From: Candidatus Pacearchaeota archaeon
GTDB lineage: Archaea; Nanobdellota; Nanobdellia; Pacearchaeales; GW2011-AR1
DNA length: 51,799 bases
Direction: 5' to 3'
NCBI GenBank assembly: GCA_017608405.1
Contig: JAFCFX010000003.1
Span: 1 to 51,799, forward strand
In this document: one piece after another, positions 47,621 through 51,799 of the stretch
Numbering within the stretch: position 1 is the first letter of the stretch
Layout: each line of letters opens with the position of its first letter
Made by a program: the position numbers and the translations under genes
Notes under the pieces: model-generated
The model's database searches: none
The model's input: only the letters and a program-made list of their open reading frames with translations
Told to the model about the DNA's origin: nothing

Positions 47621-49547
47621 TTCTTTCTGAATGGAAATTCACAAATCATATTCAATACAATATTGAAAAAAAGGTTCCAAATGAAAATTTGGGATCTAAA
47701 CGAGAAAATAATCTCAAATTATTTTCAATGACAATAGCAGCAGAAAATTTTCCCACTTGGAAGTCTATTAAATTAGATTTTCAAATGGTAATTTCAGAAA
47801 ACATACTACTATATTTTATACTGTTAGACGGATAGCTTGGTTTTGGTTATGATGAAAGGCGTGGCAAGCTGCGATAAGCTTGGGGGAGTCGCATGCAGAC
47901 TTTGATCCCAAGATTCCTGAATGCGCAGAGATGCGGATCGACGCTGGGAATTGAAACATCTTAGTACCAGCAGGAAGAGAAAATAAAAAATTATTCCCCT
48001 ATTAGCAGCGAGCGAAAAGGGAACAGGGCAAGCTGAATCTGCTTTTGAAAGAGAGTTAGAGATGTGGTGAGGATAAATGGCTAAGTCAACGAGTCAAAGT
48101 GAACTGGAAAGTTCCACCTTAGAAGGTGATAGTCCTGTAGACGAAGTTGATATGTTGTTCCTTAAAAGAGTAGGGCTTCCTGGATTGGAGGTCTGAATAT
48201 GGGAGGATTAACTCCTAACCCTAAATAAAACCAAAGTCCGATAGTGCACTAGTACCGCGAGGGAAAGCTGAAAAGTACTCTTAACAGAGGGTTAAAAGAC
48301 TTGAAATCTGACAGTTACAGTTTGTTACTGGTCTAACCACTTTTTGTGGCATGATTTGTAACGTACGTTTTGAAGAACGGGCCAGGGAGTTTTCTTATAT
48401 GGCGAGGCTAACCTAAATGGGTAACCAGAGCGAAAGCAAGTGTGAAAGCGCGTTAGTCATATGAGTAAGACCTGAAGCCGGGTGATCTATTCATGGACAA
48501 GGTGAAGTCTCTCGAAAGGGGGATGGAGGCCTGCACTGTTGTTGTGGACATGCACTCAGATGATCTGTGAATAGGGGTGAAAAGCTTATCTAACCCGGCG
48601 ATGGCTGGTTCCTGCTGAAATATGCCTACGTATAGTCTTGTTTTGTTTGTTGGCGGTGTAAAGGACGGATAGAATTTGCAGGGGCACATGCTTACGGAAT
48701 TCTTTTCAACTCAGAAGTTGTCAACTGCTTAAAGCAAGAATCAGGGTGTGTATGTAAGATACATTTCCGAGACCCGGACAAGGGAGACTAAAGTTAAGGT
48801 CCCAAAATTTATGCTAAGTGTATCGAAAGGTGTCTTGAACCTGAGACACTAGGGATGTAAGCCTAGAAGCAGCTATCATTTAAAGAAAGCGTAACAGCTC
48901 ACCTATTGAGGTTCAGGGCCCTGAAAATGGACGGGGCTAAGCATAATACCGATACTTTAGAGGCATTCAGATGAATGTTCTGGTAAGCAGGCGTGGTTTT
49001 TGTACAGAAGTCTTTGCGAGAGCAAGGGTGGAACGAAAACCAATGAGAATCCTGGTAATAGTAGGATGTGATTATTCTGAGAATGAATAAGGTCGTAAGG
49101 GTAAGGTTTCCTCGGCAATATCGTTTAGCCGAGGGTTAGTCAGCACCTAAGTCGTATCTTAACTGAGTACGACGATGGATATCAGGTTAATATTCCTGGA
49201 CTGATTAGATCTTTTGTAATTGTTTGCTTTCGGATAGGTGAATGCTCGAAAGAGTGTTTTAAAAAGAAGTCTGTCGAGGGTAATCCATAGACGCAGATGA
49301 ATTTTTGGATTCGTTGCCGATTCCAAGAGCCAGTGAAAAGATGATTGCTTAACGGATTTAATTAGCTGTACCCATAACCGGCACTGGTGCCCTAGCTTAG
49401 TAGGCTAAGACCTGAAAGGTAAAACCAACCAAGGGAATTCGGCAAGTTAGTCCTGTAGCTTCGGCTGAAGGGATGTCTATCTTTGTGTTTTAGTAATATG
49501 ATGCATCGGTAGATCACAGTAACGAGGATGGCCCGACTGTTTACCAA

Positions 49548-50128
49548 ATGGTTTGAATTGTGATGAATGGAATGTTTATATATTACGTAGCACTCTATCT
49601 ATGATGAATGAGTACGTGGTAGGACTCCTGTTCGGAGACGGGGTTGCTCACCGTAATAAAAGAAACAGAAGTTATGCAATTTGGATAGATCAACACGAGA
49701 TGAATCTAGATATCCTAGAAGAACTAAAAAGGATATTTGAAAGAGATAAAATAAAATTTTATTGGTATAAGGTTCCTGATAAAAAAATAAGAATCTATTC
49801 TTGCTCAAAAGAAAGATTTTTAGAATTAAAAAGTATAAAAGAAAATCCAGTAGGTTTTTTTAAGAAATTAAACAATAAAGGAAAAAAGAAATTTATTGGG
49901 GGGTTCTTTGATGCTGAAGGAACTGTTACTGATAGACTCGTTATCTATAATAAAGATAAAAAATTGCTAGATGAAATAAAAACATTTTTGGAAACTTTAG
50001 GAATTATTTCCTATATCTATAAATTTCCTAAAGTTTTTGGATTACAAATTTATAGGAAAATTCATATTCAGATTTTTAAAAAACATATAAAATCTGTTAA
50101 ACTTTCTCGAGCAATTCAACCAGGTAAG
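49548..50128 (+). mobile_element. Archaeal BHB-type 23S intron (581 nt) near E. coli position ~1784
   Basis: GTT-TACC-AA|A-TGGTTTGAATTG...CAATTCAACCA-GGTA-AG|A-AAC; splicing restores CTGTTTACCAAAAACGTAG. Confidence 0.9.
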
Positions 50129-50152
50129 AAACGTAGCCAAGTGCTAATCTGA
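49601..50152 (+). CDS. Double-motif LAGLIDADG homing endonuclease in the BHB intron
   Basis: YVVGLLFGDG and FIGGFFDAEG; TATA TTTATATA at 49575; ORF runs past the 3' splice site. Confidence 0.9.
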   Translation: MMNEYVVGLLFGDGVAHRNKRNRSYAIWIDQHEMNLDILEELKRIFERDKIKFYWYKVPDKKIRIYSCSKERFLELKSIKENPVGFFKKLNNKGKKKFIGGFFDAEGTVTDRLVIYNKDKKLLDEIKTFLETLGIISYIYKFPKVFGLQIYRKIHIQIFKKHIKSVKLSRAIQPGKKRSQVLI

Positions 50153-50392
50153 AAAGACTTGTATACTTGGTGAGACCTGCTCAGTCGCGGTGTCTAAAAC
50201 TCTTTTTCAAGGGAGCTAAGGTCCGTGAAACAGCGGGGGTAACTATGACCCTTAACAGACAGGGGGTCTTTAAATTTGGCTGTATGCTGGAACCTCCCGA
50301 TAAGTCTTTGGTACTCGACGTTTATCGTCAGTAAAAATCCAAAGAATAGGGACAATCAGCAGGAAACCAAGGTTTAAATATTTGACCTTCGT

Positions 50393-50893
50393 ATGAAGGT
50401 CATGAATAAAGAACAATATATCTATTATCTAACAGGATTTATGGATGGAGAGAGTTGCTTTTGTGTTGCTCTTAAAAATCAAAGATCTGCAAAAGTTAGA
50501 TGGGTTCTTGATCCAGTATTTCATGTAACACAACATGCAGTTAACAAAGAGATATTATATGATATCCAAAGATTGTTTAATTGTGGAATTGTTATTAAAA
50601 AATATGGACAACCAGATACAATGCAATTTGTAGTCCAGAGTAGAAAAGAACTCGTAGAAAAAGTTATTCCTTTCTTTAAGAAATATGAACTAATAACAAA
50701 GAAAAAGGATTTTGGAATATTTGCTGAAGTTGTTGAAGATTTAAATCAACACAAGCATAAAGATAAAAAAGAATTTATAAAACTCTTAAAAAAAGTATTT
50801 CAAATGAATGGGGGAGGAAAACAACGAAGATATAAACTTAAAGATGTTCTAGAATCTTTGGGATCCTCAGAGACTATACGCCAAACATCTTAA
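50393..50893 (+). CDS. Single-motif LAGLIDADG homing endonuclease in the group I intron (P6 region, reads through P7)
   Basis: YLTGFMDGESCF, PVFHVTQ, IPFF.KY.L.TKK, terminal SSETIR over the R element. Confidence 0.9.
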   Translation: MKVMNKEQYIYYLTGFMDGESCFCVALKNQRSAKVRWVLDPVFHVTQHAVNKEILYDIQRLFNCGIVIKKYGQPDTMQFVVQSRKELVEKVIPFFKKYELITKKKDFGIFAEVVEDLNQHKHKDKKEFIKLLKKVFQMNGGGKQRRYKLKDVLESLGSSETIRQTS

Positions 50894-50974
50894 TTGATGA
50901 AGATATAGTCCGATCTATATGGAGACATATAGAGATTAATAGAAATATTAATCCGCCATTGGATAACCAAAAGA

Positions 50975-51007
50975 TTTATATATACATGATATATACTATG
51001 TATATAT
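50975..51007 (+). promoter_or_regulatory. Internal promoter with inverted-repeat operator-like site inside the group I intron
   Basis: TTTATATA at 50975; ATATATACAT (50978-50987) / ATGTATATAT (50998-51007) perfect inverted repeat. Confidence 0.55.
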
Positions 51008-51179
51008 GAATAAAAGAAGAAAAAAATTGTTAAAAGAATCTATAGAAGTTATGTTTAAGGGAGATATTGAAGAGATAATAGAGAAAAAAACCTCTTCATT
51101 TGGCTCTGGTAGCCATGTAATATTACCTTCAAAACATAAAGGAAAGAAAGTAAAGATAATAATCTATAGAGGAAAGTAA
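51006..51179 (+). CDS. DUF2080/AbrB-like small DNA-binding protein (57 aa) in group I intron P9 region; not in ORF track
   Basis: IEKKTSSFGSGSHVILPSKHKGKKVKIII matches the FG.s.HV.lP...GKKV.I pattern. Confidence 0.7.
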   Translation: MNKRRKKLLKESIEVMFKGDIEEIIEKKTSSFGSGSHVILPSKHKGKKVKIIIYRGK

Positions 51180-51183
51180 TAAA

Positions 51184-51357
51184 ATGATAAAAGATGAATT
51201 TTTCGAATATATAAAAGAAGGATTTAGTGCATTTCCTGATTATAGTTCTCTAATCAAAAAAGGATTTTCTAATTTAGAAAAAGATCCTTGGAATTTTAGA
51301 GATGTAATTCGGGCAGCTAAATATTTACCAAAATTAGAGAAAAATTCTGACAAATGA
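51184..51357 (+). CDS. Unknown 57-aa protein, second gene of the intron cargo; not in ORF track
   Basis: MIKDEFFEYIKEGFSAFPDYSSLIKKGFSNLEKDPWNFRDVIRAAKYLPKLEKNSDK; 4 nt after the upstream stop, GAGG upstream. Confidence 0.6.
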   Translation: MIKDEFFEYIKEGFSAFPDYSSLIKKGFSNLEKDPWNFRDVIRAAKYLPKLEKNSDK

Positions 51358-51799
51358 CCTACAATGGTTAGTAACTCTTCGGAGTGAAAGTAACAGAAAT
51401 GCTTAAGGTAGCGCAATACCCTGTCGTATGAATTGCGACTTGCATGAATGGTTTAACGAGGTTGTCACTGTCCCTGATTGGAGCCTTCTGAAAATACCTT
51501 CCGGTGAAAAGGCCGGAGACGCCTAGTGGGAAGCGAAGACCTTGTGGAACTTTACTGCAACTTGTTGTTGTAATCTTAAGAGAAACGCATAGCATAAGTA
51601 GGAGCGTCGAGGCTGTCATTTCGGTGGCAGCGGAGCGAACTTGTAATACTACTCATTTTTCTTAGGATTGCTTACCATTTATGGGACAGCAGCAGGCGGG
51701 CAGTTTGACTGGGGCGGTGCCCTGTCGAAAAAATATCGATAGGACCCAAAGATAAGCTCATCCAGCTTGGAAATCTGGAGTTGAGTGCGAGGGCAAAAG

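Larger units (their letters stand above)
50253..51401 (+). mobile_element. Group I intron (1149 nt) at 23S site equivalent to E. coli L1923
   Basis: 5' exon GACCCU pairs with GGGGUC (P1, U-G); P TGCTGGAA, Q AATCAGCAGG, R CAGAGACTA, S AAGATATAGTCC; omega-G at 51401; splicing restores GTAACTATGACCCT|CTTAAGGTAGCG. Confidence 0.92.
47805..51799 (+). rRNA. rrl: 23S rRNA (5' end approximate; two introns; truncated at window end)
   Basis: GCAAGCTGCGATAAGC, TGAAACATCTTAGTACC, AGTACCGCGAGGGAAAG, GTAACTATGAC, GCGAAGACC, CAGTTTGACTGGGGCGG. Confidence 0.95.

Noticed and set aside
46530..51619. ORFs 46530-46784, 47397-47582, 47521-47835, 48453-48689, 49599-49808 and 51368-51619
   Set aside because: Lie within or antisense to rRNA, tRNA-Ala or the endonuclease gene; no protein motifs
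1..51799. CRISPR array or cas genes
   Set aside because: No regularly spaced repeats and no Cas motifs found

Overview
AT-rich archaeal chromosome segment. Gene content and rRNA features suggest a DPANN archaeon, probably Pacearchaeota (inference). Housekeeping genes: Mre11/Rad50, 2-oxoacid:ferredoxin oxidoreductase, RNase J, ribosomal proteins, RNA polymerase subunits, the Pop5-proteasome-SBDS-exosome superoperon, enolase, GluRS and HisRS. RNA genes: five tRNAs (three with bulge-helix-bulge, BHB, introns) and a 16S-tRNA-Ala-23S operon cut by the window end. Most notable observations: (1) The 23S gene has two intron types 124 nt apart. One is a BHB intron whose LAGLIDADG ORF lacks an internal stop and gains one on circularisation. 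The other is a group I intron that carries a homing endonuclease plus, looped out of its P9 region, an unannotated two-gene cassette (DUF2080/AbrB-like + unknown 57 aa) with its own TATA box and a palindromic operator-like site, a candidate addiction module inside an rRNA intron. (2) A covarying hairpin element forms the tRNA-Gly intron and recurs in the tRNA-Trp and tRNA-His 3' trailers and upstream of rpl10e. (3) A phage-like nucleotide-processing cassette: DUF5664 diphosphohydrolase, an NDT-like glycosidase and a T5 A1-like metallophosphoesterase. (4) A His-His leader peptide ahead of tRNA-His/hisS, a secreted MltB-type murein transglycosylase, a GluRS without its anticodon-binding domains, and a frameshifted integrase remnant next to tRNA-Gly. 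A 37-bp duplication in the 16S gene and an in-frame Mre11 deletion may be assembly artefacts. Family assignments come from motif recognition by eye; no database searches were run.
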